Positions 24,714 to 38,135 are shown, counted from the first letter of the whole stretch. The stretch is DNA of 63,258 nucleotides, filler included, from Sphacelaria rigidula (GCA_964200075.2; 11 parts of 11 records of this genome joined end to end with filler, not necessarily neighbours in it), one strand, 5' to 3'. A program made the numbers and translations. The notes: generated by a model from the letters alone, not told the origin.

Positions 24714-24949
24714 TACCGAGATAGCCCCCCCCCGAACCGGCCAAAAACGTGCACGGAGGCGATGATCATAAACGCCCTTAGAGCTGGCTTGGTGCTGCAC
24801 GACGCGACTCATTTGGGCGTTATAGCTGATTCCGGACTCCTACATGCCTCTCGTGTGGGCGAAATTGCTGCAAACAAGCCAAATAGTGGGATCGCAGCCG
24901 GTTTGTCGGATGGTCTCCGGTGCACTTTTGTGGGGGGGCTATCTCGGCA
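24714..24949. mobile_element. MITE (~236 bp) inserted in gypsy pol
   Basis: TIR taccgagatagccccccc / gggggggctatctcggca; second copy at 17282-17389; removing it joins LIKDC|LVQG. Confidence 0.85.
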
Positions 24950-25016
24950 CTAGTCCAAGGATAGGTTAGGACAGGGGCCTAAGGATGAAGGAGATGACAA
25001 GAGGTGGGATGCGCAC

Positions 25017-26140
25017 GTGCTAGGAGAGAGTAATCTTTTATGGTACACCTCCCCTCAGGAGCCAGCCAAGTTAGCTATCCCACGCAGCCTAGCGCCAGGG
25101 CTGCTGGCGTGGGTGCACACTACGCACGGGCACGCCGGAGTAATGAGGACGACTGCAGTAGTCAACGCACGGTACGAATGGCCTGATCTTTTCGCTAATA
25201 CTCGCAAATACGTGTTGTCTTGTGGATGTCGCCGACGCAAGCGTACCAACGGTCACACCCTAGCGATGCGGCCCGCCCGATTCCTGCGGGCATGCGAGGT
25301 GTTGAAGATGGACATATCGGACATGAAGCAGGCTTCCGCCTCGGGCAACAGGTACTTGTTGATCATCGTGGATCGAGCAACCAAGTTTCTCTTTGCTTCC
25401 CCATTGGCTGCCAATCTCACGGTACCCGTAGCAAAATGTCTGCTGAAGCCCTCCTTGACGTTTGGGGTACCCTACTTTTTGAGGAGTGACGCTGGGGGGG
25501 AGTTCACGTCGGAGGTAGTGAACCATGTATGCCAGTGGATGAAGGTGAAGCTGGATCATGGTCCGGCAGAGCACCCTCGCGGTCAGGTACGGTAGAGAAG
25601 TACGGGGGATGATTGCACGACGTTTTGGCCGAGCTCTGTAAGCAATGACCGGAAAGGTGAGATGAGTACGTGGACCCCGCTGTGTGGATTCACCGTACTT
25701 CTCCCGATCCTTCATTGCCTAATAACCCGACTCCATTTAAGCTGCTTTTTGGGCGCGAGCAACGCACCTAAATAGACGCTGTATCACCTGAAGCGGAGTC
25801 TCCACCGTTGAATAACACGGTGAAACAACAGCGCCAAAACCTGAAGGAGGTTCACGAGCTGTTGATCCAACGCCACAAGCAAAGGGAAGAGGTAAGATCG
25901 GCTAGAAATGCCGAGCTGAGTCGCCAGTCGGCGGGGTCGCGAGCTCAGGTAGGGGATCTGATGTTAGTGAAGGAGTACGACAGCCCCCTTGTACACGAAG
26001 ATGTACCGACTAAACTAGTGCACGACTTGTAGACGGGACCATGGACGGTACAGCACGTGGTGATATCTGGTCTTAGCCTTAAGGTCAGCATGCAGAGGCG
26101 TAAGGTACGAGAACGGACGGTGTCGGCAGCCAATGTGAAA
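25017..26140 (+). pseudogene. Gypsy integrase (H2C2 zinc finger, rve core, GPW/SH3-like region)
   Basis: See element entry; includes TPFKLLFGR and *TGPWTV; several premature stops. Confidence 0.92.
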
Positions 26141-26900
26141 AATTTCATGTGCGCCCTGAACAGCTGCGACACCCGTTTCCAGACGAGTACTCTCAGTTAG
26201 TATGGGGGGTTGATTTGGGGTTGGCTGAGGAGATTGCATCCGTCCCGCAGCTGTACCCATTGACAGATAGGAAGGCGGTGCTAGGATCAGGATCGTCATG
26301 GAAGTGGACTTATCGGGGGTTATTTCATGACGGAGTCGAATCTCACTGGCTTTCTGAGGAGAAAGTGTTGGACAGTTTCACTGGGCTGCAGCTGGACGTG
26401 TTTCATGCTTTGTGGGGACTGTATCACCTGCAAACCAAACCACGCCCATCGGTTACGCCATCTCGAGCAGAAAGAGACTCTATTTCTCGGGATGAAGCTT
26501 TGCGACAGATTCCCCGAGGGACTAAAATCCGCAAACGGTTTATGAACAGCCAAGGTGAGCAGCAGGAGTTCGATGGGTGGTGGTCGATTTCCGTCAGCCG
26601 TATTATCGTATCAAGTATGAGGATGGGGATTGAGAAGAGATGGCGCCGTTAGAGGTGCGAAGATATGCGGTGAATGAGCAGGACACCGGAACCGTTTCGG
26701 GGTCTAATTGATGAAGAAAAGGGATCGTTTTTGCACGGTGTTTAAATTTCCTACGTGGTCTAACCCGGCGGAACGGTCATCAAGATCGACGGCTACACCA
26801 AGACGCCGAGTACTTGCGAAGAGGGACATGGTAACGCGGCGATCCATCGTGTAAACCACGTTCAGTCCCAGGGTTTTCCAGCCCTAGGACTGAGGGGGGG

Positions 26901-27449
26901 TGTTACGGATCGCGGCGTGGCGTGGTGGATAAGGGTAGTACGATGATGGACCGTCGATTTCAAAACGACACTACGCGCCCGGGGGGCTGATTGCGGGAAC
27001 TGGCTACTACCGCAGTCAGGGGTGAGGGAAGATGTAATCCGTCAAGAGACGGAATACATAAGCATGCCTCTTTACATCTGGTTGGATGGATCCGGTTCTT
27101 TCCAGGGATCGATTCAACCAAATATCACCCTGGTGTTGACTTCTTGGAAGTGCGAGTCAACACCACCAAGAGAAGAAGATAAATCGAATCGGCCTAAAGC
27201 TCTGATCAAGAAATATCCTGACGTTCGTCGTGTACCGTTCTGCGTTGCACTTTCCCCACGTGCTGCGAGCTTACGATTGTTTCAGGAATAATGGTGAGAC
27301 TGGAAATATGTTTGATTCAAGCAGTGAGCAGATGCAAGAAGGTCGACATAGTAGTCAGAGACGAACGATGTGCACAAATAGATGCTGAAATGTGTAACCA
27401 TATAGTAAAAGTAAGTCGTATTTACGTGAGCTAGCGAGACACCGTAACT
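26901..27449 (+). repeat. Probable 3' LTR (~550 bp)
   Basis: Starts TGTTACGG immediately after a polypurine tract; ends ccgtaact, an inverted match to the start with one mismatch. Confidence 0.65.
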
Positions 27450-27629
27450 TGCATGACCGAAATGCTATTGTTGCTTCGCTCTAGTACTCGGCTTGCACAG
27501 TAGAGACACACAATGTGAGCAACAACTATGCACAACACTATCCTGTTTGTATCATAAAAAGGTAGTTTTGAACATGAACTTTGAACCGCTCCCATTAGAG
27601 TCGGTCCAAGACCCACTGTGATGGCGAGC

Positions 27630-28393
27630 ACGAATCTTGAATTTTCGAAATCGGGGGGGAAAAAATCGAGGAACGCATTGTATTAACACGGATTTTGGAC
27701 CAAAATCGGGAGCGAAAAAATCGAGGGGTCACGATCTCAGAACGATTGTTTGAGGTGACGTACGGGCATTAACGTACAATGCTAGAGTACAAGGCGTGTG
27801 ATATTTTTGCAACGGCAGCAGAAGACAGTTTCGTGACAGCACAGGGCGTGCCTACTGCCCGCCCCAGCTGCTGAAGTAACTTCGCACGGGGTTTGACAAA
27901 CGGGTAATAGGTGCTGATGCCATACCCTGCCGCGATAGTAATATTTAATACTGCGCTGCGCTGCCACATGTATCACTATAGAATAACGAACGCTACTGTA
28001 CTCTCGTAGCTGTTGTTGCTGTGCTTGAGGGGTGATGTACGGCACTGCACTACTGAACTCTGCTCGCGCACAGTTTGCTCTCTGTTCTCGCAATGCCGGC
28101 TGTACTATCGACCACACGGCATTATCATCTACTGCACTGCTCATGTAGCGTCCTGCGCTGTATTACCCTAGGGTACCAAGGTACGACACTGTACTCGAAG
28201 GATTGTTTACCGCCTGCCTGCTCTTCGGCTTCATGCACAAGTACGCAGTACCACACTCGTGGAGAAAATGACCGTCTGTGTACAGAACCGTTTCACAGAT
28301 CTGTGATACGGTTTTGTCTGTGCTATAAAAGGGTCCCCTCGATTTCGAGCACACGAATTTGAGTCCCCCCGTCCCAAAAAAATCGAGATTCGT
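27630..28393. mobile_element. Non-autonomous element with imperfect TIRs
   Basis: acgaatcttgaatttt vs aaaatcgagattcgt; subterminal aaatcgagggg / cccctcgattt in inverted orientation. Confidence 0.5.
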
Positions 28394-29502
28394 CTTGAAA
28401 GTTGGTCCAACTCTTCGAATTACCAATGGCATCTCCACTTTTCGTTCAAAATCATTGTCAGCTGGCTCAGCTCGTGCACGTTACACGTTTACGTTCCGTT
28501 TGGCGCGTAAAAAAAGGTCAATGTCTAGGCTACTTCTTATGTTCGAAATGACCAAGAACACAGAGTCATCCTACGATAGGGGTGGGGGTATTTTGGGCCA
28601 TATGTTGCTCGAAATTTCGAGTCATATCGTCGTTGAAAGCAGCAGCGGTTGTTCGAACAAGCTTGTTGTGGATTAATAACGCTCATCCATACTGCCTGAC
28701 ANNNNNNNNNNNNNNNNNNNNNNNNNNNNNNNNNNNNNNNNNNNNTTAATTAATTAANNNNNNNNNNNNNNNNNNNNNNNNNNNNNNNNNNNNNNNNNNN
28801 NGGCTTTGTTTTCAGCGTTGCAACCCACGTACACGCAGCCCAGACACGTGGTATGGCGCAAAAGTTGCGTGGATACCCCTTGGACCAGCGTTCAACTCTT
28901 TTCTGCCTTTTGGGCAATCAGGCCGAAGAACTCGTGGATTTGGTGATTCGAACCCGTGATGATTCGTTATAACCGCCGATGTTTTGCCAGCTAATCAGCC
29001 GATTAGCTAGCAAAACATCGGCGGTGATACGCGAGCCTCAATGCCCCCCCCTCCCCTCGACTGATAAGGGAGGCCTCGCGGGAGTGCCGCCGGAGGCAAT
29101 AAAAAATACGGTATTTGGCTTGTTCTCCCTTCAAAATGTGGACAGTCGTAAAACATGTGGCCCTGACACTGAGAAATACCACCACAGAGCGCCAGACCTA
29201 TGCTGTAGAAGTCGACCGAAACACGGAAGACAAAGCAAGAAGCTGTGCACCGCTGCTTCACGCGTCATCTACGCAAACAATTTCCGTCGACGCCTTCGAA
29301 GCGCCCTCCGTCTCAAGTGATACCCCATACTCCTCTGCAACTGTAAAGCGCAGGCCTCATTTATACGGTCGATTTGTATATAATGGTGAAATTATCGTTG
29401 TTATAAACTCACCATACCAAGATTGGAATAGAAAATAGCCGGTAACGGCAAACCTCAAATAGTCTGGATAAACTGGCTCCCTCGTCACCAGTTCCAGTTT
29501 AA

Positions 29503-30244
29503 CCCGTAGACAGCGAGGGGCGCCTCGGAACAGTTCCACAGGCTGACAGTCCGGAGACATCCGGGGTTTTCCAGTCGGCGGGGGGGGTGGTGGTTTTTGA
29601 CGAAGGGGGGGGATGTCCGCAGAGCAGCCGGAAAGCTCACAAAGTCAACCATGTGTATATGGAAGTTTTGGCGGAATATTCTCAGCGAGGAACGAGGCCC
29701 GAGAGGCGCGGAATGATCATTGTGACCAATCACGGCTATTAAATATGGCCACTTTGTTCCCCTAAAGGTGGACCACAGGTGCATTACTTGGCTCTCTAGC
29801 CGTATTTCTTATTTTCATCATGGCAATTCAACCATAGATTACACGGGCACAAACAACATGCTTTTTACTCTACTTGTGGTTCATGCCGTCTGACTCTCCC
29901 CTCATGTGTTGCTAGCATAGCTTCACACTATCTGTAATGTTGTGAAACACTAGGCAGAGACATCAGCAGCATGCAGTAGATTGTTGAGTGAAGAGCGATG
30001 GCACGCTGACCGTTTCCTGTCGTTGTATCCAGCGAAGACATACAGCACACAAACTGACTTCGCACGCAAAGTCTGCAGGGTAAAACTGGTCAGAGATTAC
30101 CCGAGCCTATTTTATATATAGATGCCTAACATCCACATGTTTATGAAAAAAAGGCGCTTTGTGTAACGAGAAAAGAGCCGTTCTGAACCCTAAATGTAGC
30201 GCAGTCAAACTCAGTCCACCTCCGGGGGGGTCACTGTCTAAGGG
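29503..30244. mobile_element. piggyBac-like non-autonomous element
   Basis: TTAA|CCCGTAGACAG ... CTGTCTAAGGG|TTAC: 10/11 TIR match, CCC/GGG ends and a TTAA-like target site. Confidence 0.6.
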
Positions 30245-30420
30245 TTACCTTCAGTTCCAGTTTGGTTGACACTGTAAACTGGTCCAGTTCACAACCCTCC
30301 GTACTCATTATTCTCTATACCTATTCATTCTTCGCACATCCAACACGAAAACGGCGTAGATTTTGATAAACAACATGGCAGTACGAGCTGGGCCAGCCTA
30401 CGGGTGAATTTGTAGTTTGC

Positions 30421-31168
30421 GGGCCCATTCGCCGGCCAATATTTACAGTTGGACCCTAAAATTCGGTATGGACAATGAATAGGGCATGATGGAAAAAATT
30501 ACGCGTGTACCCAAGTGTAATTTTTTTCCATGACGCAACGGCATTTTCCTGAGGCCGTTCATTGTAACAAAAATAAAAATCTGGAAAAGTGCCTTTTCGG
30601 AACTTCTACGTCATTTTACGCCCCAACAGAGAGCTAGGCAGACTTTGACACCTTGGAATGACTTACTCTACTCATTGAGGTGGTTTCAGGACATCTTCCC
30701 GTTCTCCGGCCGCAGGTTTTATTTTGGCTAAGCAAGAATTATTGTCCAAGAATGGTCGAAAACAGTCAAATCTAGAAAAAATTACAAGGTCCTCCGGGCT
30801 TGACCATTCTTGGAAAAAAAACTTGTATGGCCAGAATAAAAACTGCGGCCACCCGAAAACGGCAAGATGTCCTGGAATCGCCTCAACTAGTTGGGCAAGT
30901 CATGCCAAGGTGTCAAACTCCGCCTACTGCAGCCCTCTTCTAGGGCGTGAGACGACATACAAGCTCCAAACAGGCACTTTTCCAGATTTTTATTCTTCGT
31001 TACAAGGAGCGGCCTCATACCTGAAAACTGATTATTGCCCTGAACTTATGAACAAAAAGTGTGCACGCTTAATTGTGTCATAATTCCCTATTCATGGGTC
31101 ATACCAAATTTTAGGGTCCAGTACCAAATTTTAGGTCCAATTCTGGATACTGGCCGGCGAATGGGCCG
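30421..31168. mobile_element. Foldback element with diverged arms (~30421-30760 / ~30800-31168)
   Basis: Colinear inverted blocks: ggcccattcgccggcca/tggccggcgaatgggcc, aaaaatctggaaaagtgcc/ggcacttttccagattttt, tttgacaccttgg/ccaaggtgtcaaa, ccaagaatggtc/gaccattcttgg. Confidence 0.8.
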
Positions 31169-33429
31169 TTTAAAAACCTGGCGGGCAGAAATTCGGAACA
31201 GTATTTTGCAGGCCGCTTACCGACCCACCTTTGGTGTCTGTGTATCGATTTTTTTGTGGGCCCTCACTAGGGCGTAATGAACCCAAAGCATCGGGTCAGG
31301 TTGTATTTTTTTCTTTTTCTTTTCACTGGTTTAGAGCGTTTTAGTGCGGTAACGACCATTTTTCTACGAGAACGCCCGAACCTCTCCCCCCCAAAAAAAA
31401 ATTGAAGGCTCATTTTTTCATTTAGCATACCTTTGTGGTTCTCCATGCTAAGTTTCAAATCACCATTCTAAAAATTGAGCTACAGAATGAGATAAGGCCC
31501 AAGAGCAACGTTCATTTCTCCTCAAAATTTTCCAAAAAACGAAGAACAAAAAAACACCGAGGTAAATGAAAACACTGTTTCTTTTTCATTATCATCACTA
31601 GCGGTTCTCTTTACGATTTTTTCTAGCACAACTCTCAAAAACTGAGAAGCGGTACCCAGATTTAGTTCATCAGGTGCCTCTGTTCGTAATATATTGATAT
31701 CAGTCCAGGACCTTATGTGCGCTATATCTCCAGATAGATAACGAATGAGGTGAAGGTGAGGGTATCCACCGTCTCCTCGTGCTCCAGGGAATGTCCACAC
31801 CACAAGTCGTTGTCATCGGCTGAGGCCGTGTAATATCAAATTGTTTTTGACTCGAAAACGTACGGTGGAATCAATTTGCTCGTGCCTGATACGTCCACGG
31901 CATTCATGTTCTCAACCATCTCAGAAAATTGGTAGCGTGGACGAATCAGAAACGAGCTTATTCGATTCGAGCGCACGTTTTCGACGCGGAAACAATTTGA
32001 TAAGACACGGCCTGAATATGGTATATCGTTCGGGGTTTCACGAAGACATTGCGTAGCATGGACGCTATCTCCGTACGGTATAGAAATTACTAGACATGGA
32101 GTTTAATCGACGAGAGGATATTGGCCCAGACTTTTGAGCAGACGTGCACCTTCCCCTTGATCAGGCATCATGGTCCAACACGTCTGTGTCGATGAGATAT
32201 TGCTTTGAGAGTTCCACCCCGTTTCTACGATGGCCCAGCTCGTAAAACTACACCAGTTGCATCACCTTGATCTCTTGATATCCGTGACAGATACAGTAGT
32301 CAGAACGATACAACAGTATCATTTATAGCATGAACTTTGCATGCGCATACCTGGCCATTGAAGGCCACCGTTTGTGGAACATGAGCTTCCTCACGGAGGT
32401 TCAAACCACCACGCTCACTATCACTGCTACTTGTCCCTCCACCTAGAGCCAGCGCCGGCGGCGCCTCCCCCGCAGCAGAGTAGGAGCGCAACGCTGTCGT
32501 GCTAAGCGGTGGCGAACCAGCTTCACCGCCACCCCTGGCGGTCGAAAATAACCCGGCAGCGTTGTACCTCATCCGCAACATATCCCTTCGTGTTCTACCA
32601 GTCCCGCTGTGCTTGTTGCTAGGTCCTGCTGATATCGATACGGGGGGGCAATTGGCTAGGGGCGAGAAGCAGCAGCTGCAGGCTACACTGTTTTGAAGTT
32701 GCAGTTGTGGGGCCGTGACACGCATCTGCATTCTAAGTTAAATCGACGGACACAGCGAGCGATTCCCCGTTGTTCTAGCGACTTCGTCTCCGAAGCTGAA
32801 AAGTGTGCTGTACACGTGGAGATTATGCAGCCATCGTGTTTGGTGCGCTTCGAGCTTCCACGTGTGTACCGTGGACTGTGCTCATGAAGGTTGATGTATT
32901 GTACTGCTACTACTCGCACCATGTGCGAATGTGGAAATAAGGAAATATGCGGCACAACTAAGTATTTCAAAATGTCATCATTCATGTCATTTCTCCGTTT
33001 CCTGAACATGAAGACCTGTAAAGACTGAAGAGTGTCCCCGAGATGCCCCAGCGGTAACAGGCACACATACAGCAATAGAGCGAGAATGGTCGTGCCGCGC
33101 GAATTACTTCGCGGAAAAGTTATTTTCGACCCAAGTTTTGAAGCGGGTATCAGACTAACTACTGTGCGCTTCGAGTGGTCCCGGTATCGCGGGTTTGAAA
33201 AAAATGAGCAAATATAATAAATATAAAAATATCGAATTTCCGTCACCAGCTCAGGGAGTAGTCGATTGCCTCGTCTTTGTTCGAGGCAAGCCGTCGGCAT
33301 TGTGTGAGTACAATCCGGCGACAAATAAGGGCCCTTTGGGATTTATTTCAGTACGGTAGAATCATTGACAAATATACACACCAGGTAATCTGAACGTCGG
33401 CATTGTCGGTTCTGCACAGCTCTGTGCAG

Positions 33430-33694
33430 AGCTGAAGGGTGACGATATGGCCGGGCAACTCACCATGTCCGAGTCAGAAACTCTAATCCGCGCCGCCGCA
33501 GTCGTAGCTGAGGAAAAAGCCAAGCCGGAAGCGCAGTTGGTGGTGATCAAGGTCCAGATCAAGGGGGTTGGGGCGTGGACGCTCGACTCCACGGGCGAAA
33601 TTCGCGAGCAGGCGTCAGCGATAGCGGATGAGAGAGAGCCTAATGTCCAGCTGAGCTACTCCTCGGACGATGTGTTCGTTGGCCTGGCGCACAG
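33430..33694 (+). CDS. Putative exon, unknown protein
   Basis: Open GC3-rich frame LKGDDMAGQLTMSESE...VFVGLAH bounded by CAG and GTACAA; no family recognised. Confidence 0.35.
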
Positions 33695-34579
33695 GTACAA
33701 CACGTACTCCTCAAGTCATGCGCGCGGGTAAATGATTTGAGCGCCCGCGAGTATTGGGTGTCGAGCGACGGAAAATTGCTTCTGTACTGTTGCATGAGCA
33801 GTCAGACGGGATGCTGTTGCTCTGTCCAGCCCTCGTATGTCGGGAAATATCGGCGTCTGGTAGGTAGCCGTAAGAATCCTAATCATCACGCAGAGGTGCG
33901 AGCGAGTTTCCCCGCCATCTCGACAACGGAGAGGGTGCGGAAGTTGATGGGCCATTTTTTGGAAAGGCCCCGGCGAGGTCTTCCCAGTAGTACCCTGCCC
34001 GACACTCGCACCCTCCCCCTTGTTGAAATATTGGGCGGATGAATCCATTTGCATCCCTGTCCGAGGACGCGCATTCTTATGGCGGTGCATCTGCGACTGC
34101 TTTGCTCAACTACTCAGCCAACCCGTCGTACGTGGGAGATATGACCGGGGAATTGCACATCTCCGGTTCGTTATGGATTTCGTCGATGACAGACACACGG
34201 AGGCCCGCGCCGCCTGGCTAACAGCGTACGGATCGCGAGCAGTGGATACACGAGAAATTATCAGAGCTATGTAGTGGCACCGATACATGTGATGCTATCG
34301 GTCGGTGTATGTTGAATCGAAAATCGAAAAATCCTCCCTAAAATATGACGGATATATATATATATATATATATGGGCGGGGCGTACTCATTCGTTGCTTG
34401 CCTTAGTCGTTTGACCATTGACCACGCATCCCTTTCGAGACGGAGCACTATATTTGGGGGGNNNNNNNNNNNNNNNNNNNNNNNNNNNNNNNNNNNNNNN
34501 NNNNNTTAATTAATTAANNNNNNNNNNNNNNNNNNNNNNNNNNNNNNNNNNNNNNNNNNNNTGAGTACGCCCCCCCCCC

Positions 34580-34876
34580 CGTTCGCCCTCGTTGCTCGTG
34601 CGCCTTGATAATTCCCACTGTGCCAGGGTCGTCGTATGCGAGCACAACCAGCTCTGTGCCGGCCTCTGTCCATCCAGTGCACACCTTCGCCGCGCGGTAC
34701 TCGTAGGCTTCGACTGCCGAATATCCACCCTCTGTGATGGCCTGAGAAGGTTTCCTGTGCGCTTCCACGGTAAAGTCGACGGCATGACCCTACGCCATGT
34801 AGTATGGATCCAGCTGTTCTGCGTCGGGGCAGGCAGGTCTTATCCACTGCAAGACTTGCGTTCGAGTGCCCTGAAC
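34580..34876 (-). pseudogene. Putative disabled exon, unknown protein
   Basis: CAG|VQGTRTQVLQWIRP...YMA*GHAVDFTVE...LVVLAYDDPGTVGIIKAHEQ; one in-frame stop. Confidence 0.25.
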
Positions 34877-37800
34877 CTGAGCAGGCAACACGGCGGAAAC
34901 GAATCAAGCGGGCAACGGGGTGGTATGGGCGAAACATGAACGTACGTCAGGGGGATATGCTTCGATTTTTCTGCCTTTTCAGAACACTCACGATGAATAT
35001 TTACTGAACATCGTCACATCGGTATACCACGGCTGAAGCGTTCCTGCCTACACAGTCAGAGTCAGGATGCGCATTGCCTGAGGCCGAGACGGCGGCGTGT
35101 CCCGTGTGTACACCTTGGTCGCCCAGGTACTAGAGACTGTAGGTAGGGCCTCCCCTGGGCGATCGACTCTCCACTCCTGAGGTGTGGTTACCACTTGTTC
35201 GATGAAGAAATTTCTCGGAAACATATTATTCCGAACTAACCCGAAACCCAACCCCAACCCATGACATACTGAGAACCCTCGGGTTAGGGGGATGCGACCC
35301 GTTCCCTAGGCAAACTGTGGCGTTGGTAGCACATTTGGACAAAAAGGCGTTGAGCGCACGCAGTTGGGGCTGCCAACCCCACTAAAAATCCGAATATCGG
35401 TGTTTCCACTCAAATCAAGTGATAAAATTCCAGGAAGCTTCTCATCGACCAAGTGGTGAACACTACTGCCACTTCTTCACTCTGCGAGCTTCAACGAGGG
35501 TCACCCGCCTTCACCACGCCCTCGGTTTCTACGGGTGCATGATCAGCGACCGCGCCTGGCGCTCCAGTCACTGAACAGTGCGATCACCCTGTATTTCCCA
35601 TCGGACTGGGGACTCAGCTTCTCTCATACTGCGCCTCCGTCGCCGGCTTGGCCCTCGGTGAAGCCCTTATACTTGTCTTGGACACTGTCCATCGTATGAC
35701 CACGGCTGGATCCCTGGGGGTCACTTAAAGTAAGATAATCAATCAATCAATCAACCAATCAACCAACGAAAAAACTGCACGTTCCAAGTCTATCGGTCGG
35801 TAACTTCTCTTGGGCACGATTGTGGCATGTTTCGGGCGAGATGACAGCCGAAGATATGCAAACATTTCACTGCCTGCTGCCTGGATGACATGAAACAATG
35901 GCATGTGGGTGCAGGATCTCACTTTCCTGCCATGTTTAAAATTTTCAAGTGTCGGAGTGGAGGCTTCTTGTGCACGTGTATTCTCCACGCATGCAGGCGT
36001 CCTGCGTTTCGTTCAAAAGCCACAGTCATCAACTGAAGGGAAGCAGTGAGGAGCGTGCGATCATCCCCTTCGATAGTTCTCAGGGTATTTCCACAAGGGT
36101 AGACTGAAGATTCTGTTACCTCGGGATCGCTATTGGTGTCGTATGTGACACTCGTACTGCCCCGGACGGCGTCTCAGCAGGCGCCCGGACGCTGCATCCC
36201 AAGAGTTGAATCTAGGGATCCTCCACATTTGCCGTGAGTATACGTCTGGGAGGGTGGTCAGGTCGAGGGTTAAACATGAGCGTGTTCGATCAGGCGGGTC
36301 ATCAACCCTGCCTTTCTCATGTCACCGCGGGATATGCCGACTGAGGCACATATTCTCTATAGCATCTGACGGTCGCGGCGTGCGATCGTGATACCTGTAG
36401 CACCACTGAAATTGACAAGTAAGTCGACATCTATGCCCATGTCAACTCCGGATATCTCTAGCCAAGTCGAAAGTTGTTTGATCTCGGGTGTCAGATTTCC
36501 AAGTTGCACTCCTTCTCCCGCTATGGACACTAAGAGCGAGTTGAATATTCGTGCGTGTGTAACGCGAGTCCCAGACTTACGACCATCCGCGGTTTGTAGG
36601 AGCATTAGAGCTAATAAGTACGTTTTCATCACTGCCATATACTCATCTATACTATACATATGAGTTTTTTTTCAGCTTCGTATGCGCTTTTTTTTCAAAT
36701 TATGCTTCCTTTTTTTATAACCGTTTTTTGCTTGTTTCAAGCCCCATTTTAAGCTCGCTCGTAGTCACTCCTCGCTGCTGCTTTCACTGATCATCCCTTC
36801 AAAACGTGTAGGTTGTACCTTGTTCAATGTACAATGGGCCCACGGTCCCACGTACAATTGTTGTACAAAATCTTCATTACATTTTTCATTTCAACATGGT
36901 ATCATGTACAGTAGTGGGCGGTCTAGCTATTCAGCGGGGTTTGGGACTTTTCCTCGCGTACTACTCTTCGATAGAACTCGAAATTGCTAGCGTCGGTAGA
37001 TTTTGGTACAATAGACAGATCATACTCAAAACACATTGCCCAAGTCAGTGCTAGTTGGTGTTATCGGGCGAAACGAGTAAATACCCCGTTCATCAGCAGG
37101 GTGTAATTGACCGTGAAACACAGTTTTTCGACTCTAGTGCAATGAGTAGGCAGGTTTTCAAAAAAATACAACCGTATGTCTTTTTTTTAAATATGAGCGA
37201 GACAGGCTCGATTGACCGAAGATGCCAAAGAGTAAGAATTTGGGCTGAAACGTCGCAGGACCCCCGATGACCGTTCAGCCCGTGAGTCACTCAATATTGA
37301 GTACAGACGGTTTTTTATTCTTGGAATATGGGGCGGATATAAATATCTGCAGATCCCCGTTGTGATGAGCGGTGGCAAGCGAAAAGAGCCCAAGGAAATC
37401 GCCAATTACGAAGAAATCACAAATTGCCTCAAAATGAATAGTTAGACCGCCCACTACTGTATATGAAATATACAGCGAAACGTTTTTCGATCCGACCCGG
37501 AACGATGACAGTTTCAAGTATTGAAGCCTGTCTGGTGAAGAGTCACGCAATAGGCCACAGGGGGCACGTTCAGGCAACTTTATGCGCATTTGAAGCACGT
37601 TATATAAGCTTTTCAGAAAGTTTAAGATCGTTCTAAGCTTTAAAAATATATATTGTTTTAAAGCCAAACCCACCAAATCAAGCTAACCTTTACGCGGCAT
37701 TTTCTTCTTACTGTCGACCCACTTTAGCACAAAACCATTAAGATACTTCCTCTGTCCCATAAGTCTGGTCGGGTATGTTTGTACGAGCCCTTAACGTTGT

Positions 37801-38135
37801 CCAATCTGATGTTTGATGTTTTTTTCGATTTCTTCGCCGTTTTTCGAGGGAGAACATTTTTTTTTTGCAGCACGCTGTTGAACAGTGCGGCCGAACGGCC
37901 GCAAAAAAATCAGTCGTTTCGCCCCTTTCCCAGAGGCAAAAAAGTATTGGAAAAAAAAAGGTTTTATTAACCGTCCTCGGCCTCAACCAGGAAGTCCCAA
38001 GCTCTTTTAAAGGCATCCGCATCGTATTTGACCACCCTTTCCAACGTCTCCGCCCTCTGCCGTACCTTCACCCCGGTTTGCTCCACACTAAAGTCGTTAT
38101 CGCCCATCTTTCGGAGTGATCGGTCATAAAAATTT

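Larger units (their letters stand above)
23042..27449 (+). mobile_element. Ty3/gypsy LTR retrotransposon, 3' half: RNase H end - DNMT-like - integrase - chromo-like - Tudor-like - PPT - 3' LTR
   Basis: WALRLMEYDMVLKWRAGREHRLPNALSRL (RNase H tail); HTTHGHAG...SCGCRR zinc finger; rve core MDI, IVDRATKF, LRSDAGGEFTS; PPT gaggggggg then TGTTACGG. Confidence 0.93.

Noticed and set aside
24639..24953. ORF of 104 aa as an extra pol domain
   Set aside because: Most of it is read-through into the inserted MITE.
36357..36659. 100-aa minus-strand ORF
   Set aside because: Looks protein-like, but no family, splice structure or second copy could be supported.
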